A stretch of DNA of 63,638 nt, from NCBI RefSeq assembly GCF_001194135.2, contig NC_068998.1, positions 7,347,620 through 7,411,257 of the forward strand, in the 5' to 3' direction. This document shows, in pieces, positions 26,071-39,655 of the stretch. This DNA comes from Octopus bimaculoides (taxonomy: Eukaryota). The notes beneath the pieces were generated by a model. The model searched no databases, had not been told where the DNA came from, and saw only the letters and a program-made list of their open reading frames with translations. Positions within the stretch are counted from its first letter, which is position 1; every line of letters begins with the position of its first letter. The translations under genes and the position numbers were made by a program.

Positions 26071-27147
26071 TACTGCAGATTTCACAATGGTGAATCTTAA
26101 ATTTTGGCACTGGATTCAGACTAAAGGTACCTGTTGTATTGCATGCTTATTCAACCTATAAGTAGGGTAAGAAACAGTTAAGTTGCTGTTGTTGCAGCTG
26201 ATATATCTAACTATGTGATAAGAAATGCTCTTTCAAAGGAATCCTATTTGATTATCTATGTTTTCTTAGATGTGTTACTTAAGCTGATGTTTGGTTTTTG
26301 GTTATTTTCTTTGTCTTGGATATGTTGCTGACACTGCATCAGCAACACAGCTAAAATGAAGAGAGAGAAAATAAAAATTATACAATATGCAACGAAGTTC
26401 ATTTGAACTATCAATAGTTAACATTTGAATTCTTAAAAAAATTGTTGTTGAGCACTCAGCTTATTGAAATCAATCAAGAAATGAGTTATCATCAATGTCA
26501 AATACAGTTATACATTTATAATAATGAATTTCTCTATAACTTTTTCAATTGTCTTCGAATACATACATCAGAATTATTCTGCATTCAGCTGTCATTCTAT
26601 ATGCAATTATTGTATTATTATTTGGAACCTTTTAACATAGCAGTGATGACAATTTTTCAAATGCTGGTCGTCATCACTAATAGATTAATATAATCTTTTA
26701 TTGCTTCTCCTTTATTCACATTTTATATTTCATCTTTAATGATAAATATATTTTACTTCAATAATTTAAGAGCTCTTACTGTATGCTCTGGTTACTTATC
26801 ATTACAATGATTCTCTCACAGTAAACAAAACAATGACAGCTTGAAAACTTACATGAAATATGTGAAGTGATAAAGTGAATATATTTTCTACTTGCCACTA
26901 GTAAATAACTGAGTCCAGTATGAATAGTACAAAATGCTGCTGTGGAGAACTATTCTGATATTTAACAATATGCTAGTTTAGGCTAGAAAAACCATGTAAG
27001 ACTCAAAACGGCATATTTTTTTAATGAAAAAACAGTCAATCTTTTACAAGAGTACAGCAGAAAACTTAATGAGTGTGTATACGCAACAAATCAAAATTGA
27101 AATCGTAAGCTTCAAAGTCTGTGAATTACAAGACTTAAATGTGTGTG

Positions 27148-27191
<44 letters not shown>

Positions 27192-27347
27192 AGTGTACAT
27201 ATGTACATGCTTTTTTGGGGACCTGCAATCCCCTATATTATTGATTCTGTTATTATCATTTTTAATTGTGATAATAATAGAGTCAATAATATCTTTGAAA
27301 ATATTTTCTCCTGAATTATTTGCTCTGTATTGTACATGAATATATGA

Positions 27348-27393
<46 letters not shown>

Positions 27394-27606
27394 TACGGAG
27401 ATGTACTTGCATAGCAAGTGACCTGGTCGGAGATCGTGTGCTGGAATGAAAACAATTGCAGCGTGGAAGGTGTTTATAAGCCATTTAAGAAACACACAAA
27501 AACCGTTAGGTTCACTTCACCATTTAAATTTAATATGCCAAAATATTTTCGTTGCTTTGAGACGGCAACCTGTTCACTGACAAAATTCGGCGCTGCATTT
27601 TCAGCC

Positions 27607-28042
27607 AGCTGATATACCTTCCAGCCTTCATCAGGTGTCTTGGGGGAAATTTCAAACCTGGGTTCTCATCCCTAAGTTATTTTTCGATGTTGTTGTTCTT
27701 ATTACTATTATTATTATTATTCAGGTCACTGCCTGGAATCGAACTCAGTATCTTGGGGTTTGTAGTCTGCGTTCTTAACCACTATGCCATATGCTCATGG
27801 GCATATGGTGTAGTGGTTAAGAGCACATGCTACTAACCTCAAGATTTCGAGTTCGATTCCAGACAGTGACAATAATGATAATAATAATAATAATAACATA
27901 GAAAAATACCTTAAGAATGAGAACCCAGGTTGGAAAATTTCCCCAAGACACCTGATGAAGGCTGGAGGGTACATCAGCTGAAACGTGTTAACAACAAGCA
28001 AGATGAGGACAAATATCCATCCAATGTAGATAATGTAAATAA
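27607..28042. mobile_element. Head-to-head palindromic dimer: two divergent tRNA-like heads, (AAT)n, and a hammerhead-bearing tail
   Basis: Arms 27607-27794 and 27801-27979 are reverse complements. A-box TGGTGTAGTGG 27806-16 and B-box GAGTTCGATTCC 27849-60 on +, mirrored on - (27779-89, 27735-46). Tail GACAC-CTGATGA-A-GGCTGG..TCAGCT-GAAAC at 27947-27984. Confidence 0.8.
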
Positions 28043-28299
28043 TTTGATGGATTTATTGTTTGAGAATTTGAGTTCTAAACTAGACAAGCTCACAAACCAT
28101 TCATTCAGTAGGATGGGATTTGGAATTTGAATGTTTTATCAGGATCAATTTTAATTTACATTTCTCTGCAGTCACTAAAAGAAAGCTGTGTTTTGCAATT
28201 ATGAGTATGAAAAAAAGAAAAGCAAAAAATAAAAAAAATAGTTTTACCACAAATGTAATATACTGAATTTCTAGGTTTGCAAAGATTAATTGATTATAT

Positions 28300-28535
28300 A
28301 TAAATCGATTTAATTCTGTGTGTGTGTGTGTGTGCACGTGTATGTGTGTGTATGTTTGTGCATGTGTGTATGTGTGTGCATATCATTATTATTATTATTA
28401 TTATTATTGCCCTGATGCAACATCATCATCATCATCATCATTCTTATCGTTATTATCAATCTTCTTCTTCTTATTCTTCTTCTTCTTATTATTATCAATC
28501 TTCTTCTTCTTCTTCTTCTTATTTTTATTATCAAT

Positions 28536-28566
<31 letters not shown>

Positions 28567-28670
28567 TTATTATTATTATTATTATTATCAATCTTTTTCT
28601 TCTTCTTCTTCTTCTTATTATTATTATTATTATCATCATCATTATTATCATCATTATTATTATTTTGTGC
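28300..28670. repeat. Compound microsatellite with higher-order unit TATTATCAATC(TTC)n
   Basis: Four units visible between 28450 and 28615. Confidence 0.9.
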
Positions 28671-29039
28671 CAAAAATAATTGTTTTTGTTTAGTTATTTC
28701 AAAGTTTTATGTTTGTTTTGGAATGAACTTATATTTATCTATATTCATGTAATACACCATTTTTCACGAACAGATTTCGCTCGATTGATTTATGCAAATG
28801 ATTTTTCTTTCACTCTTTATTGTTGCTGATTTGATTTTTGGTCATCAAATTAAAAAACGGAAAAATAAAAAAAAAATAAAACAAATTCATGTGACTTTTA
28901 CTGTATGACTTTGAAATAAAATATAAAACAGTAAAAAAACCCATTGACAAACATCAACCAAGTTCAGTCCAAAATTAGGCCCTAAAATGTCCTACTAGGG
29001 ATAAGAACCTTAAAGATGAGAAGAATATCATGAAAGACT

Positions 29040-29745
29040 TTTTGCAAATGGAAGCAACCAACTGATGGCCATTATTGCAGTGGAACCATGCAAAATAAAT
29101 GAAAGGTTGCAGATTAAACATTGACCATTTAATGGTTATTCAATGTAGGCACCGAACTGGAAAGTCTAAAGGATCAAGAAATGTGTGTAGCAGGAGCTGA
29201 ACATACGATAAATCATTTTACAAAGTCAGTTCTATGCTTGTTCCGCATAAACAAAAATGATCAGACATTGTTGATCTCATTGTGACTGGCGCTGATGAAA
29301 AATGAATTCCAAAGGACAATTTATAGTATCCCTTATAATCATTGGACCAAGGTGTGACACCAAAATACTTAAAGCTGCATCAAAAGAAGACTATTGTTAC
29401 TCTTTGGTAGTTGGAAAGTGGGATTATTCATTACTGTTTCCTGAATTCTACTGGAACTATCACAGCAAAGAAGTATTGCGAAATAATTGACTACATGCAC
29501 ACTGAACTACAACACTTACATCCAGTATTGGTCAATCAAAATAGTTTAATTCTCCTCCATGACAAAACCCATTGACATGTCTCACAAATGATTCTGGAGA
29601 AATTGAATGAAAAGGGCTACAATACAACTTTATCCAAATTTCCCTTAAGACTTCTCTCCAACTAATTACAACATTTTTAAGCCACTCATAAGTTTAAATG
29701 TAAAAGAAAAAGTTCATCAACAACCATACTGCAGTTCAAAATGCC
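29040..29745 (+). mobile_element. Mariner transposase relic (DD34D region)
   Basis: IVTGADEK*I (compare IVTGDEKW) near 29280 and ILLHDKTH...ILEKLNEKGY (compare LLHDNARPH...KLNELG) near 29550; many stops and frameshifts. Confidence 0.6.
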
Positions 29746-29989
29746 AGAGGCTATGGTGGAAGATATCCAAGGTGCCACGTAGTGGAACTGAACCCAGGAC
29801 CTTGTGGTTGGGGAGAAAAGTTCTTATCACACAGCCACGCCTGCATCTATGAATGCAGTCAAGAATGCAGTTGCTGAAAATCCGTCCTGCTTCTTCTCTT
29901 TGAGACAATCTAACAACGCAATGGAATTTGAACTTGGAACTTAAAAACAGATGAAATACCACTAAGGATTTCACCCAGCGTGCTAACGT

Positions 29990-30145
29990 TTCTTATTTCT
30001 TTATTGCCCACAAGGGGATTCACACAGAGGGAAAAACAGGGACAGACAATTCCTCGGCGGAATTTGAACTCAGATCGTAATGGCAGACGAAATACCGCTA
30101 AGCATTTTGCCTGACATGCTAACGTTTCTGCCAGCTCGCCACCTT
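29990..30145 (-). mobile_element. SINE family B, internally deleted copy
   Basis: Tail ATTTCTTTATTGCCCACAAGGGG directly fused to head CTCGGCGGAATTTGAACTCAG...CTGCCAGCTCGCC. Confidence 0.8.
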
Positions 30146-31709
30146 ATAAAGCCATTATGTGTTCAGGTAAAATACTCAGATATACACTTCCATTTTTTAA
30201 AATATGCAAATGTATGCTTCTTTAAGATTTTGCAATTAGGTACAGCATAATAGAATATCTGTCCAAACAAGATATTTACATGTTAGAAAAAATTGTCTGT
30301 AAAATCATGTCAGATTATATTACAATAATCATCAGTTGATCTCTGCAAGATAATCAGAGATTTTGATTTTATTTTCGCTACAGAAAAACAGAGATAGTTC
30401 CCCACAACTGATTCTAATTTTCTTCTTCTTTTTTCTCTTCTTTAATCTCCCTTAGTTTACCTTCCACCTATTGAGTCAGATTTCTCTTTTACTTTCAGCA
30501 GAATGTCTTAAAGTGTCAGAAACCTAGAATAAATTTAGTCAACAGTCTGAGAGCACAATATCTCGATATCGGAAATGTTACCAATATGGCATCAATAATG
30601 ATTTTATTTTCAAGAAATGCAGTTGTAAAGCAACACACACATGCACTCATACAGACATGCACACACACACGCATGCATGCACACAAACATATATGTATTC
30701 CTGCAATTTCCAATGATCAGGTGCACATATGGGACCACTTTAAATTCTCATAACATAACAAGGAGAAATGTGGAAATCTATTTCCCAGCAACATACATCA
30801 AAATATTATCAGCTTGCAATTCACATTTGATTTATGCTTACTCAAGCCTGAAAGACAACACATCAATTAACAGTGCGGTAAACTATAAGGAATTTCATAT
30901 AATTACCATTTTCTAAATTTAGATTTATGTCCCCTGTTTACTTCTTTTGGTATTAGATTTACACCAGATAAATTGTACTAATGGTTTGTAAGAAAAGTTT
31001 TCTTTCTGATATTTAATAAGGAATATCAGCAGATTTATGTGAATGCATCAGTTTCTGCAGAACTGAAACCATAAATTGTTATTAATTAAAGATTTATCCT
31101 GCTGCAAAATTAGATAATCAAAATATTTGTTCAGAAGAGAAACAGTCAAATTCTCATAATTCCTTTATGTTTGTATATTTTACACACAGATTAAATTTGG
31201 AAAATTAAAACGATGTCATGAAAAGAATAGAAGATTGCAATAAATAACAACTTTTCAAGTCAATTTTGGAAACAAAGTGCAATATATAGACTTAAATAAG
31301 AGAAATTTGTAAGCTGTCATTCTGGAATTAATAGATTTTTAATATCGGATACAAAACGCGTCCTGCAGAAGAGGTCCTTACTACAACCTTTTGTATTAAA
31401 TCAATTGTCTGTTTAATAAAAGCATCGATAAGTTCTGTCTAGAATTAAAGGTTTAAAATAAGTAGACAAAAATTTAATCAATTTAGTCTCATTGTTTAGT
31501 AGATATTTCAGATAAACTTTAAAAAAGCAGCTGCTATTATTTAATATGTCTTGAGAGTTGGGTCATAGTGTCGTCAGGTAAACATTTAATATATGATTCA
31601 GATAGTCTTTGAATGAGATAAAAAAATCTGTGAAGGCTGGAAAGAAGAACCTCAAGTATGATCCTTAGATGTGTTATGTGAAAGATAAACTACAAGAAAG
31701 CCAAGAGAG

Positions 31710-31964
31710 TACCATATTTGATGGCCTATAAGATGCATCTTTTTTACCCAAAAATGGCTTAAAAATCCCCCTGCATCCAATGCATTCAATGTAGGCTCAA
31801 AACTCGCCTAGAGTACATATGTTTACAAAACGTGTACTGCCTTCTATTGGTGAAGTTATTCAGGTAAATGGAGGAATTAAAACATTATTTTAGTGGTAAT
31901 TTATTTGACAAAAGTATAGCCTATAAGATGCACCTGTGCATCTTATAGGCCATCAAATACAGTA
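31710..31964. mobile_element. pogo/Tc1-mariner-type MITE
   Basis: TIRs TACCATATTTGATGGCCTATAAGATGCA / TGCATCTTATAGGCCATCAAATACAGTA; TA ends. Confidence 0.75.
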
Positions 31965-33121
31965 ATATCGGTCATATTATATGCATAAGAAAAACAAATG
32001 TACTGGTTGATGTCATAGTTTGCTTCCAAGTCATCCCTGATTGAGTAGATCTCTGGTCAAAGACACTCCAGTTTTGACCATCACTTTTTATATTTAGATT
32101 TGGTTTATCTAAGACACTACATGAATCTACATTATCCAAGGTCTCCTTTTTGAAATGACCGAATGGTGTATTTTGAAGAAAATTTGGTTGCTATTTCTAC
32201 AAATCAAGTTAGCAAATAGATGTTTATTGCTGAAAAGGTATTGACATGATGTGAATAAACATGATATACCATGTTCTAAGAATGGAGGATGTTCATGGCT
32301 ATGGAATATTTAAGGTAAAGTGGTAAGGTTCAAATCTTAGGATTCTGAGTCTTTTACCTGAAATGATGAAGAATCATGACAAACGATGTTGCTGGAAGCC
32401 TTTTCTTGTTTGTTGGGTAACTTTATAAGAATTCTTTACTTTAGTTTTATGTGAACATATGTGTGTGCATGAAGGCAAATATATGCCTGTGTATCTTTAT
32501 GTAAAGGAGTGAATGTGTGTGTGTGTGTTTGTTCTCATGTATGTGCAAGTGTGTGAAGATTTGTGTGAGCGTTGTGTGTTTAAAGATTTATGTAAATGTA
32601 TGTATGTATGTATGTATGTATGTATGTATGAAGATGCTTCTATGAACCACAGTAATATTTAACTGTTATGGAAATAAAGGTAACAGGAAAGAAATTTTCC
32701 TATAATTTTCAACAACCTACACAATTCTTGAATTAAAATCAGTTCCAATTGAAAATATAAAAATTTAGTAATTGAGATTTTTTTTTTTTTTCTTTACAAA
32801 CCGATTTCTTCCACTGTGACACTCAAAGCTTAACTTTACAAATTGAAATTTTTTTTAGAAATATATTTTATATCAGGAGAACAAGATTTAGTTGCAAGGG
32901 GAACTAGGAAAAGAGATTGAATACATTCAACATATTACTCTATTTGATTACTCTTAGTTCTTAGGTTGTGGCCATGCTGAAGCCCCAATGTATTACTGGT
33001 ATTTCCTTTATCTGAAAATGCCAGAATGGCAGAAACTAGAAGTATTGATATTTGTAATCAAGAATATCATATCATTTCTTATGATATAAAACCTCTTAAA
33101 AAAAAATTCATCTGGAGGAGC

Positions 33122-33530
33122 TACAGGGGCTGGACAAAATAATGGAAACACCTTAAAATTTCAAACAAATTTATTCTAATATGGGGTGGGACCAACTTTG
33201 GCAGTAATTACAGCTTGATTTCTACAAGGTATGGACTTGTATAAAGTTTTAATTGTTTCCAAAGGAATATTTGTCAATTCTTCAGCTAAAAAAAGTCTCC
33301 ATTTCTCGTAGTGATGATGGTGAAGGATATCGAATCCTTACTTGTTTTTCTAAAATGCATCAGAAATGTTCAACAATATTGAGATCTGTGAACTGTGATG
33401 GCCAGATAAGATGTTCAACTTCACTAGAATGTTCCTCGTGCCATTTAGTAAGAACTTTAGCTGTGTGAATTGGTGCATTATCATCCTGCAAGATTGTGTT
33501 TCCCTCCAGAAATAGTTCCGCAACCATAGG
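33122..33530 (-). mobile_element. Tc1-like transposon, 3' part of transposase plus TIR
   Basis: DDNAPIHTAKVLTKWHEEHSSEVEHLIWPSQFTDLNIVEHF*CILEKQVR matches Tc1 QQDNAP.H...WP.QSPDLNPIEHLW; ends AKVGPTPY*; TA-CAGGGGCTGGACAAAATAATGGAAACACC TIR. Confidence 0.85.
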
Positions 33531-34424
33531 ATGAATCTGATGAGATAAAATTCTCGAATTAAAATCAGTTTCAATTGAAAAATATAAAAATTTAGTAATT
33601 GAGATACTTGTTCAAGGTGTCATGCAAAGGGACTGAACATACAAATACACACCTGCCAAACCATCTTATTGACCATACATCGAAGACAAACATTATTTTT
33701 AGAAACTTCTAGTAACAGCTTAACACACTAAAACAAAATTATATGCGTTACATGGAGATATAGCAAAATGGCTGCAACATTTAAGTTTGAATTTATATGT
33801 CTATGGTAAGTTGTCCAGCTACTTAACTTTGTAATTTAATGTGTATTATTTTAAAATAAAATCTGAATTCTTAAACAAACACCATAATTATCTTGACCAA
33901 CAAATAACAAATGCTTTCAAAATATACCTGTTATATCATGATTTGATCACTTTCTTCCATGCAAGATTCTTTTTATCGAGTGTAAATTCAAATTATCCAT
34001 TGCTGTCTTTGTTTGAATATATCTATTACATCAACTGTTTTCCATTTGAATGCTGTTTTCTGAAGTACTTCCACCAATTAGTCTAATGTTTCGTAGACTA
34101 ATGAGATTTTAGTTACTCGTCTGATCATAAATATCTACATTACAACCCACAAAAGATGCTTATGTCTCACACACTTTGATGACGCAAAGCAAACTGTTAT
34201 ATTTTTCATGGTTCAGCCACCTCTATTTTCTACTAAATATAGATGCATATGTGCAGCCACTTAACAGCTGCAAGCTTATTCAGATGCATTAATGATTTGT
34301 TTGTTTCAAGGACAGGAAAATATTTTATTTTGGTATTGCAATTTTCTCAACTTCTGATTATTTTCTCTTTCTCCTGTTTTTCTTTTCTTTTTGTACACAC
34401 ATTTATATAAGCGTTTATGTGTTA

Positions 34425-34657
34425 TTTCTTTACTACCCACAAGGGGATACACACACAGGGGGGACAAACAGGGACAGACAAATGGATTAAGTCGATTATA
34501 TCAACCCCAGTGCATAACTGGTACTTATTTAATCAACCCTGAAAGGATAAAAGGCAAAGACGACTTTGGCGGAATTTGAACTCAGATCATAGTGGCAGAC
34601 GAAATACCGCTAAGCATTTCGCCCAGCGTGCTAATGTTTCTGCCAGCTCGCCACCTT
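34425..34657 (-). mobile_element. SINE family B
   Basis: Reverse complement of 49237-49465 at high identity. Confidence 0.9.
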
Positions 34658-37600
34658 ATGTGTGTGAATGTGTGTGTGTGTGTGTGTGTGTATATTGTTT
34701 CATTTTTTATTCTTTTACTTGTTTCACTCATTTGACTGCGGCCATGCTGGAGCACCACCTGAAAGGGTTTTAGTTGAGCAATTCGATCCCAGGACTTTTT
34801 TTTTAAGACTGGCCCCTTCCCCAAACATTTCGAGTCTTGTGCCTATAGTAGAAACGAATTTGGCCAAGTATCAGTCCTTGGACTGATACGTCTTTTATTG
34901 ACCCTCAAATCATGAAATGTAAAGTTGATTTTGGTGAGATTAAAAGTCTGAGCAAAAACGAATACCACAAGGTATATTCTAACCTAGACTTTAATGGTTT
35001 TGAATTTACTGTTTCTTGACAACATTGATAACATTATTGCTATTTAATTGAATTTCAGATTCCAGTTGGAATTAGTTACACAGAATACTTCCCTTACACA
35101 TGAGATATAATAATATAGCAACATTTTGAACTCATGAATGTATATTTAGCAGTGTAACACATTAATGTTACAGCAATACACACACAGTTGTACTGCACAC
35201 TTTCATGTTTATCCTTCAGCATTAGAAAATTCCAACAACTGGAAGTGTTAACCAAGTGCTAACTGACAGCCAATGTACGGTGATTCTGGCTGTTTTTATG
35301 CATAAATAAATTTCATTAATAATGCATTTATAATATCACCATTTATATTGACTTTGTGAAAAGTAGACATGCAATCAATCTGTCTGTAAAACTATTTCAA
35401 TAAATCAGTTCTAGTATGTTAAGTTATAATGGTATTTGACTTGTAAGCAGAATACTGAAAGTCACATGAAACCATGTAGAAGTTACATAATTTCATATCT
35501 CTAGGGTCTAAATTTTGCCGATATTTACATCAGCAGATAGTAAAGTTTGCATCCCTCCATCATCCCAATCTCCACATAATTTAGCATAAGATGGAGTAGC
35601 ACTTCCTACAATCCTTTAAGTCCATTTAACTCTAAAATGTTGGAGGTAACTAAATGACATTATGTTGCTTCATATGCAATTTGAACTTTTAAAGGGAAGT
35701 GGTTGGAGAGACGACATGGGCAGAGAAATAAAATAGAAATGAAATTTTCCTGAATGGTTCGTTATAATAAAGAAGGAATGGGTTGAGTGTATTAGATGGA
35801 ACAAAGTAAGTGAAGAGGTCAGTGCATTTTGGTCAATTAAGGTGGAGGAGTAATAAAGTGGGCAACAGAAAGGGGAAGGATAAAATTTATTGACAGTTAT
35901 AAATTATTAATGAATCAAACAGGAAGAAAACCTATTATCAACGCTCACCAGAATAAACATGAGGAATATTAGGGATAGCATCCTATGTGTAATGTAAAAG
36001 CAAAAAGTAAATGCCTTCCAAAACCCAAGGGGATTTAAAAAGCAAATTATTGTTGTTGTAAAATGAGTAAAGACCCCCTTTGGATATGAATGACCCTGGG
36101 ATTGCACCTAGAAAATTCCTCTCCAAGGTACAAGTCTGGGCAAGGTAGTTTATGGAAGACCAGCAGTTGCCCATGCATACCAGTTAGATGGTCTTAGTTA
36201 CAGATACAATGATGGTAGCATGATAGAAACAACTAACGTTTTGTCCAGTTACCTATTTCTCTCTCCATTCATCCATTTGTGCTCTCTATAGCTTATTTCA
36301 CTTAATTTTTAAACATTCATAATTATTAATTAGCTCAAGGCCACAGTGAATTGCCTTTTTTAAAAAACTAAATGCAAGTGGCTATTTTCTCCAAGAGTTC
36401 ATGTCATTTTTCACTATCACAGTATTCTAATAGCAAAGAGGAAAATATGGATGACATTCAAAATAGCAAAAGTGAAAACAAATCAATAAAAGTGTGCTTT
36501 GTCTATTTTGTAAAATGAGACAAACAGATGGCTTCTTGAACAAGGAAAATTGTGAGGTCAGATCTCAGGATGCAGCAGCCTCAGAGAATAGATGGTGAAA
36601 AAGATTGAAATGATATTATGCTCTGCACTTGACTCAATCAACCTGTGCCAGCATGGAAAAGCTGGTGTTAAAATATTTATGACAATGATTAATGAGATGT
36701 GCAGATTCTAAAATGTCTGAAGAAAGAGAAACAGGAAGATGTAACTTTCATACCTTTTCACAAAAGTATTTATAAAATATGTTAGATAGCTTCCAAGCTG
36801 TGGCATTAACAGTCACATATTCACACAGGTACTTTGTTTGTTAAGACAAAATAATTATTTCTGTTCCCTTATAGCATCAACACACACCGTCACTACATAA
36901 CAATCCCAATTTCTGAATGTAACTATTTTTGCTCACTTCCATTGTGAATCTATTTGGAAAACAATGACTGAATCTATAAAGCATTGGACAAAATGTCTTG
37001 TGGTATTCAGTTTTAGAGTACATTACATTCTGATTTAGAAATAATACATTCAGAGAGACATATGCAGTAGTGATATGATGAAGTAGTTGTATGCTATCAA
37101 CTTAATGTGACAGTCCCATGAAAGGAATAATACTACTGTTGGTTAGACCTAGGAAGCTGCACCACTTCCTGTCAGCCTTGATAGTATGCTATGGAACAAA
37201 ATTTGAACAAAACCATACCAATTAAATCTGGGCTCACAACAATATGCACAGAAGAAAACTACCTGCCTTTCCTAGGCAAATAAAAGTGATAACCAAATCT
37301 ATTTCCCAAACAATAACATATTCTCTACATATTCTGAACAGACCCAGGATATGCACAACATTTTGCAGCAGAAGAGTTTATCCCAAACTGCCAATGTTCT
37401 CCATCTTTTCATAGTAGTAACAAACCAGGAATTTCTTTAAGTTATTCACAGACCCAGGGCTGAAATAAAGCATTAGTAAAATAATAAGACTTTAATTGGG
37501 ATTTGAAACTAAGTAGCTGATGGATTGCTGAATGTTACTAGTAGCTTATATAGCTTATTTTTGCTAAAATATTTTCATCTAATGTTCTCTGAAATATCAC

Positions 37601-37874
37601 TTTCAATTTGTTAATCATGAATCTATTTAGAATGATTGCAGATGATAATGAAGACTTTATGTGCATTCTATAATGAAGGGATCTTCATATACAAAAAAAA
37701 TAATAATAAAAACTGGCTAATACAAGATAGAGGTAATCAGCTTAGCTTTAATGTATAGCTGTGTATACTGATTATTACTTCTGAAGATAACTTTCTGAAA
37801 TGATCATAGATTGTATTTTTACCAAAGCATAGCACTTCGTTAAAAGGGAGATAGAACACTTATCACACACACAC

Positions 37875-37913
<39 letters not shown>

Positions 37914-38324
37914 TACATACGTACATACATACACATACATACGTACATACCTACACACATACATACATATATTTTCTTACATTATAAAGAGGTCGACAGC
38001 TACTTCAAAGTTTGGCCAAAAATTCTGTCTTTCAGTTTGACAGCTTTTGAAGCTAGTCTTTGGTGAATCTTCAAGAATCTTCAGCAATATTTAAAGGTCC
38101 TCTTTACATCATGCTTTCTCCTCTTATTGAGAGCAACATTCTTCAAGAGAAGAAAGAGCGATGAAAGACTAAGAACTAGGAAGAGAGGGTATGATGAGAA
38201 AAACTGACAGATCAGAATGATAATTAATAAAAGACGGAATAAAAGAAGAGAAATGGTGACAGCTACACGCTGGTTATTGACATAAAGATTGAATAGAAAA
38301 AACAGCATCAACACCATGATGGAA

Positions 38325-38650
38325 GAATGAAAGGCAAACTTGGGCATGGCAGAATTTGATTTCAAACATAAAGACTGATGAAATACCGCTAAGCATTCTG
38401 CCCGGTGTGCTAACATTTCTGCCAGCTCGCCGCCTTCATATTCATTTCTACTCTAGGTACAAGGCCCAAAATTTTGGGGGAGGAGGCCAGTCGACTAAAT
38501 CGACCCCGGTACACAACTGCTACTTAATTTATCGACCCTCAAAGGATGAAAGGCAAAGTCAACCTCAGCGGAATTTGAATTCAGAACATAAAGACAGACG
38601 AAATGCCACTAAGCATTTTGCCCGGTGTACTAACGTTTCTGCCAGCTCCC
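38325..38650 (-). mobile_element. Two adjacent SINE family B copies (one partial, one full)
   Basis: Head motif GAAATACCGCTAAGCATT..CTGCCAGCTC occurs twice (about 38380 and 38600). Confidence 0.8.
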
Positions 38651-39655
38651 CCAGCCTTAGTTTCAACAGAAATATTGTAACAAAAGAGTTAAAACCACCA
38701 GATATCTGATACTAACCATCAAGGGTCAGTTTCAAAGTAACGTTTCTTTGTTTTATTAAGAAGGAGCTGATATTGAAACTGAGATACAAGAGGGTCTAAC
38801 TACTCTTGACAATTTCAATTTGTTGGATAAGTTCAAGGTTTTCTATTTAAATTATATTTACTTCTGCAGCATATGTAATATAACATGTTTCTAAGAAGCA
38901 GTGGAATGAAGAAAAAAAAGCACACAACTAAGGCATAATGGAAATAGCTTTGCCTTCCAAGATATTTACAAGAGTGAAGCTGTATAACACTGCAATATCA
39001 TTCTAACTTGTAATATTTCTGGTTGCTCAGTCTAAAAGCAGCAAAATACCATTGTCGCATGTTGCTGAAAGCATTCTGGGAATCCCATTATATGTGCAAC
39101 TAAGTTGAAAATATTGACAGAAAGAAAACTGTGTGCAATGACGCTCTTAAAGTGGCTCTTGGAAATGAAATGCACATTGGTGCAATGAAAAATATAAAAG
39201 CAGGGTTGGGTCAGGAGAACAAAGTAGAAGTGAACTCTTCTACATTATAAAAAAAATTTCCATTTTAAGAAAGAGGAGTGAACCACAAAAGCCGATTGGC
39301 TATAAAATTATATACAGTAGACCAGAAAGAATTTAGCATTGAGAATTTTCTGGAGAGAGAACTAAATGGAATATACAGCATGGCGCAGAAGTCAAGTTCT
39401 GTTTTAAAAGTTACGACATTGTGAAAGTAAAAATGGAAGGAATTTGTGTAATATTATTGTCTACGATTAATTCAAAGTAACTTCTAAAGTCCAATGTATA
39501 TTTATACTCTTTTATTCTTTTATTTGTCTCAGTCATATGACTGGGGCCATGCTGGAGCACTGCCTGGGAGGGATATAGGTGAACAAATCAACCCCAATAT
39601 TTATTTTTTAAGTCTAGTATCTATTCTATTGGTCTCTTTGGATGAGCTGCTAAGT

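Noticed and set aside
27801-27870. Possible genuine tRNA gene
   Set aside because: A/B boxes present but no convincing acceptor stem or cloverleaf; embedded in a repeat, so treated as a SINE head. The same applies to 50609.
30499-30625. Plus-strand acceptor followed by protein-like RYRKCYQYGINNDFIFKKCS
   Set aside because: That frame has an upstream TAG after the acceptor and runs into a (CA)n tract; no corroboration.
34085-34135. Minus-strand CAGACGA-GTAACTAA..TTAGTCTAC-GAAAC hammerhead-like hairpin
   Set aside because: U4 mutated, no NUH site or stem I pairing found.
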